Assembly (NCBI GenBank): GCA_963769025.1
Contig: CAVYKI010000004.1
Location: 1 to 64,000, forward strand
DNA from: an uncultured Verrucomicrobiae bacterium
GTDB lineage: Bacteria > Verrucomicrobiota > Verrucomicrobiia > Chthoniobacterales > Chthoniobacteraceae
DNA: 64,000 nucleotides
Direction: 5' to 3'
The stretch's first letter is position 1. Every line of letters begins with the position of its first letter. Below the pieces are notes generated by a model. That model saw only the letters and a program-made list of their open reading frames with translations. It was not told where the DNA came from and searched no databases. The translations under genes were made by a program, and so were the position numbers. Shown in pieces: positions 17,001 to 28,302 of this stretch.

Positions 17001-17555
17001 ATGAAATTCGTCATCGCCGGGACCGGGGCCAGTGGCGCGATTTATCTCCAGCGGCTGCTGGGGAAAATGGATGCGCGCACGCATGAGGTGCATCTCGTCC
17101 TGAGCACGTTTGCCAAGCAGGTCATCCACGAGGAAATCGGCGAACTGAAAATCCCCGAAGGCGTCCGCCAGCACGGCGACCGCTCGATGAACGTGCCGTT
17201 CGTGAGCGGCTCCACGCCGTTCGATGCGATGGTGATCGTGCCGTGCTCGATGGGCACGCTGGGCCGCATCGCCGCGGGCACGAGCGACACGGCGCTCCTC
17301 CGCGCGGCGGATGTTTTTTTGAAGGAGCGCCGCAAGCTCATCCTCGTCCCGCGCGAGACACCGTGGAATCTCATCCACGCGCGCAATGTGACCACGCTGA
17401 TCGAAGCCGGCGCGCTCGTGATGCCCGCGAGCCCCGGCTTCTACAGCCGCCCGCAGACCGTCGAGCAGGTCGCGGATACGGTGGTGGATCGCATCCTCGA
17501 TCACCTTGGGCTGCCGGTGCCGGGGGCGTTCCGCTGGGCGGTGGAGGGCGAGTGA
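17001..17555 (+). CDS. ubiX: Flavin prenyltransferase
   Basis: TGASGAIY, SGS, IVPCSMGTLGRIAAG, RAADVFLKERRKLILVPRETP, PASPGFY. Confidence 0.93.
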   Translation: MKFVIAGTGASGAIYLQRLLGKMDARTHEVHLVLSTFAKQVIHEEIGELKIPEGVRQHGDRSMNVPFVSGSTPFDAMVIVPCSMGTLGRIAAGTSDTALLRAADVFLKERRKLILVPRETPWNLIHARNVTTLIEAGALVMPASPGFYSRPQTVEQVADTVVDRILDHLGLPVPGAFRWAVEGE

Positions 17556-17684
17556 TGTTTGCGGGCGGATGTCGCGCGTGCGACGAGGCTGTGACTGGTG
17601 CGCGGGTTCACGCTTCGGACGATCGGGCGCTTTCCGCGTGCGCAGTCGGCAGTCACAGCGGCGCCGTACGCCGCCGCCCGAGTC

Positions 17685-19253
17685 CTAGATCCCGAAAAGC
17701 GAGCTGAGCTTTCTTCGGAATCCCGCGGCGTATTCCTTGCGCTTTTGGGCCACCATGTGCGGAGGTGTCTGCGCGGCGAGGATGCCTTCGGTTTCCAATT
17801 TCCGGTGGGCCAGGAGTTCGCTGAGCCTTTCCGCGAGCCCCGTGTTTTCATCGAGCAGCGGCTGGATGCCGGCGCGGTCGATTTCCCACACCTCGCAGTC
17901 GGTCTGCGCGCGGACCGTGGCGCTGCGCGTCTCCCCCGTGAGGAGGCACATCTCCCCGAATGCCTCCCCGGCGCGCAGCGTGGCGACGTGCGTGTCGCGA
18001 TGGTCCGCACGCACGATCACATCCACCTGGCCGTGGAGGATGACGAACATCGAGCAGCCTTGCGCACCTTGGTGAAGGATGTTTTCCCCGCGGCCGAACC
18101 GCAGGATCCGCCCGCATTCGAGGAGCCGGCGTTTCTGGTCTTCATCCAAGGGCGCGAACAGCTCCTGGCTGGCGATCGCGTGGTGTCCTGGCGAGGACGC
18201 GGGCTTCGCGGCGGGGGCCGGGCGGCGGATTTCCAAGGTGCGGATGGGATACGGGATGCTCAGGCCCGCGCGGCGGGCTGCGTACCAGATGTTTGTCCGG
18301 ATGGCGTCTTCGATGTCATTGCAGCGCCGCTCGTCATCGAGGCTGTATTTGATTTCATAGATGATGGCCGAATCCCCGAAATCGCGCAGGGCGACCTTTG
18401 GCGGCGGTGTGTCGAGCACCCCCGGGGCGTCCACGGTGGCGCGGGTCAGGAGGTCGCGAACGACGTTCGGCGGGGCGTCATACTCGAAGCCGACCTTGAG
18501 GTGGTTCGCGTGGACCTTGGTCGGATAGCTGAGGTTGATGATCGTGTGCGTGACGACCGCCTTGTTCGGGATGTCGAGATAGATCTCGTCGTTGGTGCGG
18601 AGCTTGGTCGAGCGCCAGTTCAGCTCCATGACTTCGGCGCGGTGATTGTCCAGGATCAGCCAGTCGCCGACACGGAAGGGTTTGCCGATTTGCAAGGCGA
18701 TCCCGGAGACGATGTTCGCGAGCGTCTCCTGCATCGCGAGGCCGATGACGATCGCGACGATCCCAGAGCCGGCGATGAACGTGTCTACCCGAAGCCCGTA
18801 CGTCAGCTTCAGCACGAGCGCGAGCGCCAGGCAGAAGACGGCGAATCCGAACACCTGCTGGAGAAGCTTGGGAGCCTCCGTTCCATGCCGCTTCGCGAAC
18901 CAGCGCTGCCAGTAGAAACATTGGAGCAGCTGGATTGCCGTGATCACCCCGAGCACCAGCAGCGCTGCCTGGAAATGACGGATGCCCACTGCCTGCCAGA
19001 TCCTGGTCGGGTCCTCCGGGCTCGCTGCGGAAGCCTGCACGGCGTAAAGCACGCGGAGCGGCACGTAGCAGGCGAGCGCGATGCAAAAGATCTGAAAAAC
19101 CAGCCCGAGTGGCGCCCCGTATTTCCGTTTTAGAAAACGCCCGATGGCGATCGCGCCGAGATAGATGAGCGGGGCAGCGCACAGTGCCAGGATCGCCGCA
19201 GGGTGACTCGTGACGGATGTCAGGCTGGAGACGGTGAACACGGGCCACTGCAT
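17685..19253 (-). CDS. MscS-family mechanosensitive channel with C-terminal cyclic-nucleotide-binding domain
   Basis: GLAMQETLANIVSG, KPFRVGDW, NWRST, IPN, IPYP; cNMP cassette GEAFGEMCLLTGETRSATVRA. Confidence 0.92.
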   Translation of the reverse strand: MQWPVFTVSSLTSVTSHPAAILALCAAPLIYLGAIAIGRFLKRKYGAPLGLVFQIFCIALACYVPLRVLYAVQASAASPEDPTRIWQAVGIRHFQAALLVLGVITAIQLLQCFYWQRWFAKRHGTEAPKLLQQVFGFAVFCLALALVLKLTYGLRVDTFIAGSGIVAIVIGLAMQETLANIVSGIALQIGKPFRVGDWLILDNHRAEVMELNWRSTKLRTNDEIYLDIPNKAVVTHTIINLSYPTKVHANHLKVGFEYDAPPNVVRDLLTRATVDAPGVLDTPPPKVALRDFGDSAIIYEIKYSLDDERRCNDIEDAIRTNIWYAARRAGLSIPYPIRTLEIRRPAPAAKPASSPGHHAIASQELFAPLDEDQKRRLLECGRILRFGRGENILHQGAQGCSMFVILHGQVDVIVRADHRDTHVATLRAGEAFGEMCLLTGETRSATVRAQTDCEVWEIDRAGIQPLLDENTGLAERLSELLAHRKLETEGILAAQTPPHMVAQKRKEYAAGFRRKLSSLFGI

Positions 19254-19301
19254 AGCCTCAGTCTGCGCCGTTCGTCGAGCGCCGAGCGCTGCGGCGCGCC
19301 G

Positions 19302-20261
19302 TCACTGCTGCGCGAGGAAGATTCTTTTCTCGCGGCGGCGGGCGCAGAGGCCGCCGGGAAGGTTCACCTTTGCGCCGCGTGATTCGAGCAGTCCTCGCAC
19401 GGCTTCGACCTCCGCGAAGCCGACGGTTCGGACGTTGTGACGCTGGAGCCAGAGGTGGATGAGCCGCCGCTGAAGGGCGAGAGGCAGCGAGCGGAGCAGG
19501 GGAGTTTGCAGCACGTCGGGCGCGCCGCGGAGTTCGGGCTGGGCGGAAAGGAATTCATCCTCGGCGCGCAGCAGCTCCGTGGTGCGCAGGAGCGCGGCGC
19601 GCACGTCGCGGCCGAGCGCGGCGGTGAGCGCGGGAATCGCCGCGTGCCGCAGCCGGTTGCGCGTGAAGCGAGGGTCGGCGTTCGATGCGTCGTCGCGGAA
19701 CGGCAGTTTGTGGCGCGCGATGTATCCGTCGATTTCCTCGCGCCACGTGCCGAGCAGCGGGCGCGCTACGAGCAGCGCGGTGCCGTGCATTTCGAAAGTC
19801 GAGACGGCGCTCATCCCGCAGAGCCCGGAGGGGCCGGCGCCGCGGAGGAGATTGTGCAGGAAGGTCTCGACCTGATCGTCGGCGTGATGCGCGAGAAAGA
19901 TGCGCGGGCACGCGCGCCCGATGGCGGTGCGGGCGAAAAATTCGTGGCGTGCATGGCGCGCGGCGGTCTCGATGGAAAGGCGTCCGCCGCTCGCGAGCGT
20001 GGCGACATCGGTGGAGCCGGTGATGCATTCGACGCCGAGCGAATCGGCAAATTTGCGGACAAATGCCGCGTCTTCGCCGCTCTCGGCGCGCAGGCGGTGG
20101 TCGAGATGGACGGCGATCAGTTTTTCAAATCCGTGCGCGTGCAGCCAGTGGAGCAGCGCGATGGAGTCGCGCCCGCCGGAGACGGCGACGAGCTGCGGAT
20201 CGCCGGGGGGAAACGCGTCGGGGATGGCGAGCGTCGAGAGCGGTTCGGTGGCGCGGCGCAC
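19302..20261 (-). CDS. tilS: tRNA(Ile)-lysidine synthetase (short form)
   Basis: VAVSGGRDS, HLDHRLR, LAHHADDQVET, RPLL, DASN..RNRLRH; GTG start at 20261 is approximate. Confidence 0.9.
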   Translation of the reverse strand: MRRATEPLSTLAIPDAFPPGDPQLVAVSGGRDSIALLHWLHAHGFEKLIAVHLDHRLRAESGEDAAFVRKFADSLGVECITGSTDVATLASGGRLSIETAARHARHEFFARTAIGRACPRIFLAHHADDQVETFLHNLLRGAGPSGLCGMSAVSTFEMHGTALLVARPLLGTWREEIDGYIARHKLPFRDDASNADPRFTRNRLRHAAIPALTAALGRDVRAALLRTTELLRAEDEFLSAQPELRGAPDVLQTPLLRSLPLALQRRLIHLWLQRHNVRTVGFAEVEAVRGLLESRGAKVNLPGGLCARRREKRIFLAQQ

Positions 20262-20305
20262 GGCTTTTGCGGAGGGGAAAAGTGGGCGCTTTCGGCGAAA
20301 GCGCC

Positions 20306-22913
20306 CTACCCGATGACGATGTTCACGAGGCGGCCGGGGACGACGATGAGCTTTTTGATCGTCTTGCCGGCGAGGGCTTCGGCGATTTTTGGCGCGGACT
20401 TGGCGATGGCTTCGATGTCGGCCTGCGTGGCGTCTTTCTTCACGACGATTTTGTCGCGCACTTTGCCGTTCACCTGCACGGGCGAGTTCGATTTCGTCCT
20501 CGATGAGCAGCGCGGGATCGTAGGCGGGCCACGGCTGTGTCGGCGAGCGAGCGTCGTGCCGCCGAGGATGGCGCTGCAGTTCCTCGGTGAGGTGCGGGGC
20601 GAAGGGATTGAGCACTTGCAGCAGCAGCGCGGATCGCGGCGAGCGGGCGCGGGGTCGCGCCGGATGAGCGCATTCGTGCAGACCATCATCTGCGAGATGG
20701 CGGTGTTGAAGCTGAGCGTCCTCGATGTCTTCGCCGACTTTCTTGATCGTCGCGTGGACGACCTTGGCGACCGCCTTGTCCATCGGCACGTCCTGCACGG
20801 CGGCGGCGCGCACCCACTCGCCGGCCTGATTTTCCTCCATGACCAGGCGCCAGACGCGGGCGAGGAAACGGAAGACGCCTTCGACGCCGTTCATGCTCCA
20901 CGGCTTCGTCGCTCGAGCGGGCCCATGAACATCTCGTAGCAGCCGCAGCGCATCGGCGCCGTATTCGCGCGATGACGTCGTCGGGGTTCACCACATTGCC
21001 GCGCGACTTGGACATCTTCTGCGCCGTCCTCGCCGAGGATGAGGCCCTGGTTGACGAGCCGCTGGAACGGCTCGGGCGTGGAGACGTGGCCGAGGTCGAA
21101 GAGCACCTTGTGCCAGAAGCGCGCGTAGAGCAGGTGCAGCACGGCGTGCTCGGTGCCGCCGACGTAGAGATCGACGCCGCCCGGGCTGTTGCTCGGTCGT
21201 GCTGCCCATCCAGTAGCGCTCGGCGTCCTTCGCCGACGAAGCGCTCGGCGTTTTGCGCGATCGCAGTAGCGCAGGTAATACCAGCACGAGCCGGCCCACT
21301 GCGGCATGGTGTTGGTCTCGCGCGTGGCGGTGTCGGTGTAGCGCGACCCAGTCGCGTCGCCTTGGTCAGCGGCGGCTCGGGGGTGCCGGTCGGCTTGAAA
21401 TCGGCGAGCTCGGGCGGGACGAGCGGGCAGTTCGCTTTCGCTGAAGCGCGCGGTGCCTGCCGTCTTCCCAGACGATGGGGAACGGCTCGCCCCAGTAGCG
21501 CTGGCGGGAGAAAAGCCAGTCGCGCAGCTTGAAGTTGATCGTCTTTTTGCCGAGGCCCTGCGCTTCGAGCCAGGCGGATGATTTCGGCTTTCGCCTCGGC
21601 GGTGGGCAGGCCGTCGAGCGGACCGCAGTGGATGGCGAACCCTTCGCCCGCGAAACATTCGAGCGGCTCGGCGTCGCACACGCCGCCGCCGCCGAGTCCG
21701 AGGCGCGGCGTCGGGCGAGACGACTTCGCGGATGGGCAGAGCGAACTTTCTCGCGAACTCCCAGTCGCGCTCGTCGTGCGCCGGCACGGCCATGATCGCG
21801 CCGGTGCCGTAGCCCATCAGCACGTAGTCGGCGATCCAGATCGGGATGCGCTCGCCGTTGACGGGATTGATCGCAAACGCGCCGGTGAAGACGCCGGTCT
21901 TGTCCTTCGCGAGTTCGGTGCGCTCGAGGTCGCTCTTGCGCGCGGTCTTTTCGCGATACTCCTCGACGGCGGCGCGCTGCTCCTCGGTGACGATTCGATC
22001 GACGAGCGGATGCTCCGGCGCGAGCACCATGTAGGTCGCGCCGAAGAGCGTGTCGGGCCGCGTGGTGAAGACGCGTGATCTTTTCCGCCGCGTCGGCGAC
22101 GCGTGAAATGCACCTCCGCGCCTTCGCTGCGGCCGATCCAGTTTCGCTGCAGCAGCTTGATGCCCTCCGGCCAGTCGAGGCCGTCGAGTTCGTCGATCAG
22201 CCGCTGCGCGTAGGCGGTGATGCGCAGCATCCACTGGCGCATCGGGCGGCGCTCGACGGGATGGCCGCCGACTTCGCTCTTTCCATCGATGACTTCCTCG
22301 TTCGCGAGCACGGTGCCGAGTTCGGGGCACCAGTTCACGGGCGCTTCGCTCACGTAGGCGAGGCGGACGCTGTCGGCGTCGTCGCCATTGTAAGTGGCGA
22401 TCGGCTCGGCGCGCTGCGTCTCGGGGTTGAACCACGCAGCCGTAGAGCTGGAGGAAAATCCACTGCGTCCACTTGAAGTAGCCGGGATCGGTCGTGTTCA
22501 CCTCGCGCTCCCAGTCGTAGCCGAAGCCGAGGCGCTTGGAGCTGGCCGCTTGAAGTTCGCGACGTTCTTCGCGGTCGTCGACGCGCGGGATGCTGGCCGG
22601 TCTTGATCGCGTACTGCTCCGCGGGCAGGCCGAAGGCGTCCCAGCCCATCGGGTGCAGCACGTTGAAGCCGCGCATCCGCTTGTAGCGCGCCGATGATGT
22701 CCGTGGCCGTGTAGCCCTCCGGATGGCCGACGTGCAGCCCCGCGCCGCTGGGGTAGGGGAACATGTCGAGCACGTAGTATTTCGGCTTCGCGGCATCGAA
22801 GCCGGGCTCGCCGGGATTCGGGGTGTGAAAGGTCTGCGCTCTCCTCCCAGCACGCGCTGCCACTTGGGCTCGAATTGGTCGAAGGGAAATGGTTTGCGGC
22901 GCTCGTTGCTCAT
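20306..22913 (-). CDS. leuS: Leucine--tRNA ligase (multiple apparent frameshifts, probably sequencing errors)
   Basis: Fragments in alternating frames: [84 protein letters not shown]. Confidence 0.95.
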
Positions 22914-23010
22914 GGTCGAAAGGGCGCGGAATGTGGCGTCCCGGGGCTGCGTCGGCAATGAAGGAATCGGAGTTGCGCCCGGGACACGGAACTGGACACT
23001 GCGCACGCCC

Positions 23011-23610
23011 ATGCCCCGCCTTCTCATCGCCACAAAGAACGCCCACAAGACCGAGGAGATCCGCGCCATTCTCGGCGGGACATGGGAGGTCAGCGACCTC
23101 ACGGCGCATCCGGAGGTGCCTTCGCCGGAGGAGACGGGAGTGACTTTCGAGGAAAATGCGCGCATCAAGGCCGAGGCTGCATCGCTCGTTTTCCTGGGGA
23201 TCGTGCTGAGCGACGATTCGGGGCTGGAGGTGGACGCGCTCGGCGGCGAGCCCGGCGTGCAGAGCGCGCTGTATGCCGGGACCCATGGCGACAACGCCGG
23301 GAACCGCGCACGGCTGAAACGCGAACTGCTCGCTTTGCGGAAAAGCGGAACCGTGGACGGCGCGTTTCCGGTGCGCGATGGCGGTCGCGCGGGCCGGTCG
23401 CACGGAGGCGGCTTGCGACGGGCGCGTGGAGGGCCGTGTGATTGCGGAGGAACGTGGGACCGGGGGCTTCGGATATGACGGGATGTTCATTCCGGAGGGC
23501 TATTCCGAGACGTTTGGGCAACTTTCGCCGGAGGTGAAAAACACGCTGAGCCATCGTGCTCGCGCCCTGGCGAAGATCGTGGAGTTCCTCGCCAGATGCG
23601 GCCTCGTGAA
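23011..23610 (+). CDS. rdgB: Non-canonical purine NTP pyrophosphatase (RdgB/HAM1), frameshifted
   Basis: [39 protein letters not shown], then in another frame GGFGYD and [11 protein letters not shown]; 3' end approximate. Confidence 0.9.
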
Positions 23611-23915
23611 TGCCTTGGGAGGTCGCGGAGGTTCTGATGTGGCGAAATTCACCCGTCCACACATCGCGCGGCACAGGCTGAAGCTTCGAACAGGGATAAA
23701 AGACGGTGTCGCGCAAGACCGCATCCTCCTGGAAACTCGGACAGAAAATGCTCCGTTCACATTTTTGCACCCAATGCTTCACGGGCGGACGAATTCCGTG
23801 CGTGACAATCGCGTTACAGCAAAAGCAAGGTGTTGCAATACCCGGACACGACCAGTAGTAATCCCGAAATATCCCCCTCCCGCCCGCCTAGGACCGTTCC
23901 TGATTTTTCCCAACC

Positions 23916-25475
23916 ATGAAGTCGCTCAGTTTTTATCATCTCCTCCCTAGCAGCCGGAATGCCTCCCTCGCAATAATTGTGGTTGCGGGCTGTTCCTGGG
24001 CTAATTTGACCTTTGCGCAGGATACGGCCCCGGGAGCGGCTCCCGGAGGGGTCGATGCGACCGCGACCACGGAATCGGGCACTGCGCCGGATGCAGGGAC
24101 GAGCGAAACCAAGCAATCCCTTCCGAACCGGTGCATCCCCCCGCGGCACCGGTGCCGGCACTGGCCGCAGTTCGCCATTTGCCTACGACAGCGGCGATAC
24201 GGACACATCGCGCTCGAAAACGCGCAAAGTGAGTGCCATCAATGAGGACGCCGAGACCGAAAACGCGGGAGCACAGGGGACAAGGGAAGAGGGAACCGAA
24301 TCCCGGTTTATCGTTCCCGGACTTTACGGGCGCGGACCGCAGGTGGTCACGCCTGGGCAGGGGCAATATGCGCGGCCAAAGTTCCGCTATGGAGTCTCTG
24401 TGGGCATCGGGTACGACGATAACCCGAATCAGTCCACCTCGAACGCCACGACGGCGGTCGCCACGCCGCGCAGCCGGAGTGGTTTCACGTGGGTGAACGG
24501 ACACTGGGACGCCCAATGGCTGAAGCCGCGGACTGCGTTTACCGTAAACGTGGAGGCCGGTGGTGACTTTTACTGGGACCGGCCCGGCAACAGCTCGGAC
24601 TTCAACGCGCGGCTCGGGATGATGTATGTCCATAAGGTCGATCCCCGCACGCAGGTTTCTGCCAACGCGAGCCTCGCATTCCTCTCGCAGCCGGATTACT
24701 CGAACATTTATTCACCGACGAACCAGTCGGCAGGCGATTACTTCACGGGCTCCACGAAATTCGACCTTAGCCACCGTTGGACGCCGCATTTCAGCACGAT
24801 CACGAGTGCTTCCGTGAACCTCCTGAAATATGTCAACGAAGGCGCCGCGACACTTTCCAACAGCTACTGGAGTTTCATTTTCGGCAACGAGTTCAGGTTC
24901 CAGTCTTCCCCGCGCTATACGTGGGTGGCCGAGGGACGCTACGGGCTGGATGAGTATGTCTCCAACACAGCGCTCAATGCGCAGACGGCCTACCTCCTTG
25001 GCGGTCTGGACTGGATCGCATCGCGGCGCGTGACGGCGACCTTCCGCAGCGGCGCCTCCATCCGCAGCTACGACGCCGGGGGCAGCAGCACTGCTCCATA
25101 CGCAGAGGCATCCGTGAACTATCGCGCCGGACGCCATTCCACACTCAGTGTCAACGGCCGGTACGGATTTGAGCAGGCGACGAATGCGGGCGACGAGAAT
25201 CTCTCCTACCGGTTCGGCCTGCTCTACCAGCGGGCCTTCACTTCGCGTTTCTCCGGCAATGCCGGTGTCAATTTCATCCACACCGATTACGAAGCGCGTT
25301 CCGGCACGAGCAGCAGGTCGGATGTCTATGATTTGAATGCGGGCCTCCAATACCGGCTGAACCGCCACTTCACACTCGGGCTGAGGTACAATTATACCTT
25401 GCAGAATAGCACGAGCGGGTCGGGGAGTTACGACCGGAACCGGGTGCTTTTCTCCGCCCAGTACCGAGTACCTAG
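23916..25475 (+). CDS. Outer-membrane beta-barrel protein (second paralog), apparent frameshifts near 24120 and 25465
   Basis: Signal peptide in the ORF from 23916; barrel strands in the ORF from 24013 ([27 protein letters not shown]); corrected end ...QYEY then TAG at 25473-25475. Confidence 0.75.
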
Positions 25476-25592
25476 GCGAACGCCGGGGATTCCCGCGGAT
25501 GGCGCGCAATCTCCCGTTGCGAACGGGCATCGTGCATGGTTACGTGAGTTCCCCATCCCGGCAATATTTCGCACCGTTAATCCCCACCTCAC

Positions 25593-27731
25593 ATGACTGA
25601 ACCCACCGAGGCAAAGCTTCACTTTTTAGACTACTGGCGCGTCGTCAAACTGCGCCTTGGTTTGATCCTGCTCACCTTCTTCTTGGTGATGGTATCGGCT
25701 GGCGTTTACGTCTTCTTCCTTCCCCGCCAGTACTTTTCCCAGGTGACGGTCGAAATTAAACCCGACACCTTAAACCGCGGGACCGACGTGAATTCGGCCG
25801 CCTCGACTGGGAGGACCGACCCTCAGTTCCTCGCCACTCAGTTCCAGGTGATAAAGAAGTCGGAAATCCTCAATCCGGTCATCGAAAAACTCGATCTGGT
25901 GAAAAAACTGTCGCCTCCGGGAATGACGATGCCCATGCAGTGGGTCACCGAGGTTCTCTCGCGGAGTGTCGTCGTGGCGGAGCAGAGGAACACGACTCTG
26001 ATCGAAATCGGCGTTTACAACACCGACAGGCAGCTCGCCGCCGACATCGCGAATACGATCGCCATCACGTATCGGGACAAGCGCATCGAGGAATTGCGCA
26101 AGAACATGGACCAGACGCTCGCCGAGATGAAGGACGAGCTGAAAACCAAGGAAGACGAGATGAACAAGCTCTTCCAGGAAGCGTCGAAGATTCGCCAGGA
26201 GGACAACATCGTGGACCCGGATCCCGAAAGCTCGAACGCTGTCCTCTCCATCAGCTCCGAAGGAGGGCTCCGCGGCATCGAGTCACTTTCCATCGAGAAG
26301 CGCGCGCTCGTGGATCAATTTCGCAATCAGCTCGCACGCATCGAACTGCTCAAGCCCGAGGAACTGATGGAGGCGATGCGGATATTGAACATCAGCGACC
26401 AGACCGTGGAGAAGACGCTCCCGCTTTTGCAGGATGCGAAGGCCGAGGAGGCAAAGTATTTCAGTGCGGGGCTCGGTGAAAACCACCCGCGGATGAAGTC
26501 CCTTCGCGCCCAGCGCGAGGTTTACTCCAAGCAGCTCGATGACCAGCTCGAGAGCATCCGCCGATCGCTGAAGACCAAGCTGGCCATCGAGGAAAACACC
26601 CTCAAGACCTACGAGGAGCAGATGAAATCGCGGCGCGATGTGCAGATTCACGAGAAGACGGTGATGAATCGCTACGTCGAGAAAAAGTCCGCCTACCTGA
26701 TGACCAAGCAGCTCCTGCTCACCATCCGCCAGCGGTACGACGCAGCGCGGTTCGACAACATGATCTCCCAGGTCCCCGTGAAGATCTGGCAGCGCGCGCT
26801 TCCCGGCCTGTATCCGGCAAAGCCGAGCGTGGCCCTCTATATGGTTCTCGCAGCCGTCGTCGGTGTTCTGGCGGGCATCTCCCTCGCTTTCTTCGTCGAG
26901 TATCTCGACACCTCGGTGAAGACCGTGGACGACATCGAGCGGCATCTCGGGCTTCCCGTGCTCGCGGTCATCCCGACCGACATCGTCATTCTCCTCAAGC
27001 AAAAGCGCGACACCGCCGACGCCGAGGCCTACCGCATCCTGAAGGGCAACATCGAACTCAACCTCCCCGACCGGACGGCGAACACCTACACCCTCGTGTC
27101 CGGAGGTCCCGGCGAAGGCAAGAGCACCACGCTTTCCAACCTCGCCTACACCTACGCCAAAGGCGGCGCAAACGTCCTGGTCGTGGACGCCGACCTTCGG
27201 CGGCCCTCGCAGCATCGCTTCTTCGATTTGGACAACAGCGTCGGCCTCGTGGACTACCTCCATGGGCGCCTCACCATCGAGGAAATCACCAAGCCTTCGC
27301 GGCTCGACAATCTCTCCATCATCCCGAGCGGCAATCTTTCGATGGAGGATGTCGGCATCCTGAATGGCCCACGGATGAGCGAACTGATCCGCCAGCTCAA
27401 GCAGCACTACGACATCGTCTTCTTCGATTCGCCGCCGATCCTCGGCGTCTCGGACGCGAGCATCCTCGTCTCCGAGGTGGATAATACGATCATGGTCGTC
27501 CAGTACCGCCGTTTCCCGCGCAACATGCTCCAGCGCGTGAAGACCACCGTCACCCATGTCGGCGGCAACCTGATCGGCGTTGTCCTGAACAATGTGGACG
27601 TCCGGCAGGACGACTCGTACCGCTACTACTCGAACTACAAGGACTACTACGGCCCCAAGCGGCCGCAGCTCGAGGCGCCCAAAAAGCCGGAGGCTGCCGC
27701 CACGACAGGGGACAACGAAGACGCATACTAG
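25593..27731 (+). CDS. Polysaccharide co-polymerase / tyrosine autokinase (second Wzc-like)
   Basis: LHFLDYWRVV, two TMs, SGGPGEGKST, VVDADLRRP, FFDSPP, Tyr cluster SYRYYSNYKDYY. Confidence 0.93.
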   Translation: MTEPTEAKLHFLDYWRVVKLRLGLILLTFFLVMVSAGVYVFFLPRQYFSQVTVEIKPDTLNRGTDVNSAASTGRTDPQFLATQFQVIKKSEILNPVIEKLDLVKKLSPPGMTMPMQWVTEVLSRSVVVAEQRNTTLIEIGVYNTDRQLAADIANTIAITYRDKRIEELRKNMDQTLAEMKDELKTKEDEMNKLFQEASKIRQEDNIVDPDPESSNAVLSISSEGGLRGIESLSIEKRALVDQFRNQLARIELLKPEELMEAMRILNISDQTVEKTLPLLQDAKAEEAKYFSAGLGENHPRMKSLRAQREVYSKQLDDQLESIRRSLKTKLAIEENTLKTYEEQMKSRRDVQIHEKTVMNRYVEKKSAYLMTKQLLLTIRQRYDAARFDNMISQVPVKIWQRALPGLYPAKPSVALYMVLAAVVGVLAGISLAFFVEYLDTSVKTVDDIERHLGLPVLAVIPTDIVILLKQKRDTADAEAYRILKGNIELNLPDRTANTYTLVSGGPGEGKSTTLSNLAYTYAKGGANVLVVDADLRRPSQHRFFDLDNSVGLVDYLHGRLTIEEITKPSRLDNLSIIPSGNLSMEDVGILNGPRMSELIRQLKQHYDIVFFDSPPILGVSDASILVSEVDNTIMVVQYRRFPRNMLQRVKTTVTHVGGNLIGVVLNNVDVRQDDSYRYYSNYKDYYGPKRPQLEAPKKPEAAATTGDNEDAY

Positions 27732-27734
27732 ACC

Positions 27735-28284
27735 ATGAAGCGAATCCTCCTCTGCCTGCTTTCGTTGCTCGTCCTCGTCTGCCGCAGACTTACGCGGACA
27801 CCGCGTTCCGCGACGGAGACGTCTTTGAAATGCGACTCAGCGGCCCCCCCGAGGAATTCACCCGTGAGTTCAACCTCGTGCTCACCGTGGACGAAGGTTC
27901 CGTGAATCTTCCCACTCATCGGCCGCATCCCGGCGCGCGGCCTTTCGAGTTCGCAGCTCGCCACCGTCATCGAGACACGCCTGAAGCAGGCGAAGATTTT
28001 CACGATCGCGAATGTCAACATCACGGTGAACACGAGCCAGAATCAGCGCACGATCATCGTCGGCGGTTCCGTGCGATCGTCCGGGCGGCAGCAATGGTTC
28101 GAGGGTCTTACGCTGACAGGCGCCATCAGCGCCGCAGGCGGCCGCGGGGATTTCGCGGGCGACGGCATCAAGGTCATCCGGGCTGGCAAGGCAGCGCGGT
28201 ACAGCTGGAAGACGCTCAAAAGGGATCCCGCGAGCGATCCGAAGAGTCCAGCCCGGCGACATCGTTGACGTCGAAGGGGACTAG
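27735..28284 (+). CDS. Short OPX/Wza-like polysaccharide export protein (frameshifted)
   Basis: Signal MKRILLCLLSLLV; fragments VDEGSVNLPLIGRIPARG, IIVGGSV, AISAAGG, PGDIVDV. Confidence 0.75.
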
Positions 28285-28302
28285 CCTGCCGGTCTGCGCG
28301 GA

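Noticed and set aside
20306..22913. leuS and other split genes as pseudogenes or programmed frameshifts
   Set aside because: Essential genes with intact motifs, and indels clustered by region without slippery-site logic; sequencing error is the simpler explanation.
23889..23904. TAGGACCGTTCCTGAT upstream of the second barrel gene, resembling the 4467 sigma54 site
   Set aside because: Both invariant dinucleotides are broken (no GG-N10-GC).
23378..23950. Extended C-terminus on RdgB
   Set aside because: Sequence after the SHR motif is non-conserved and runs through an AT-richer intergenic region; likely read-through caused by an indel near the true stop.
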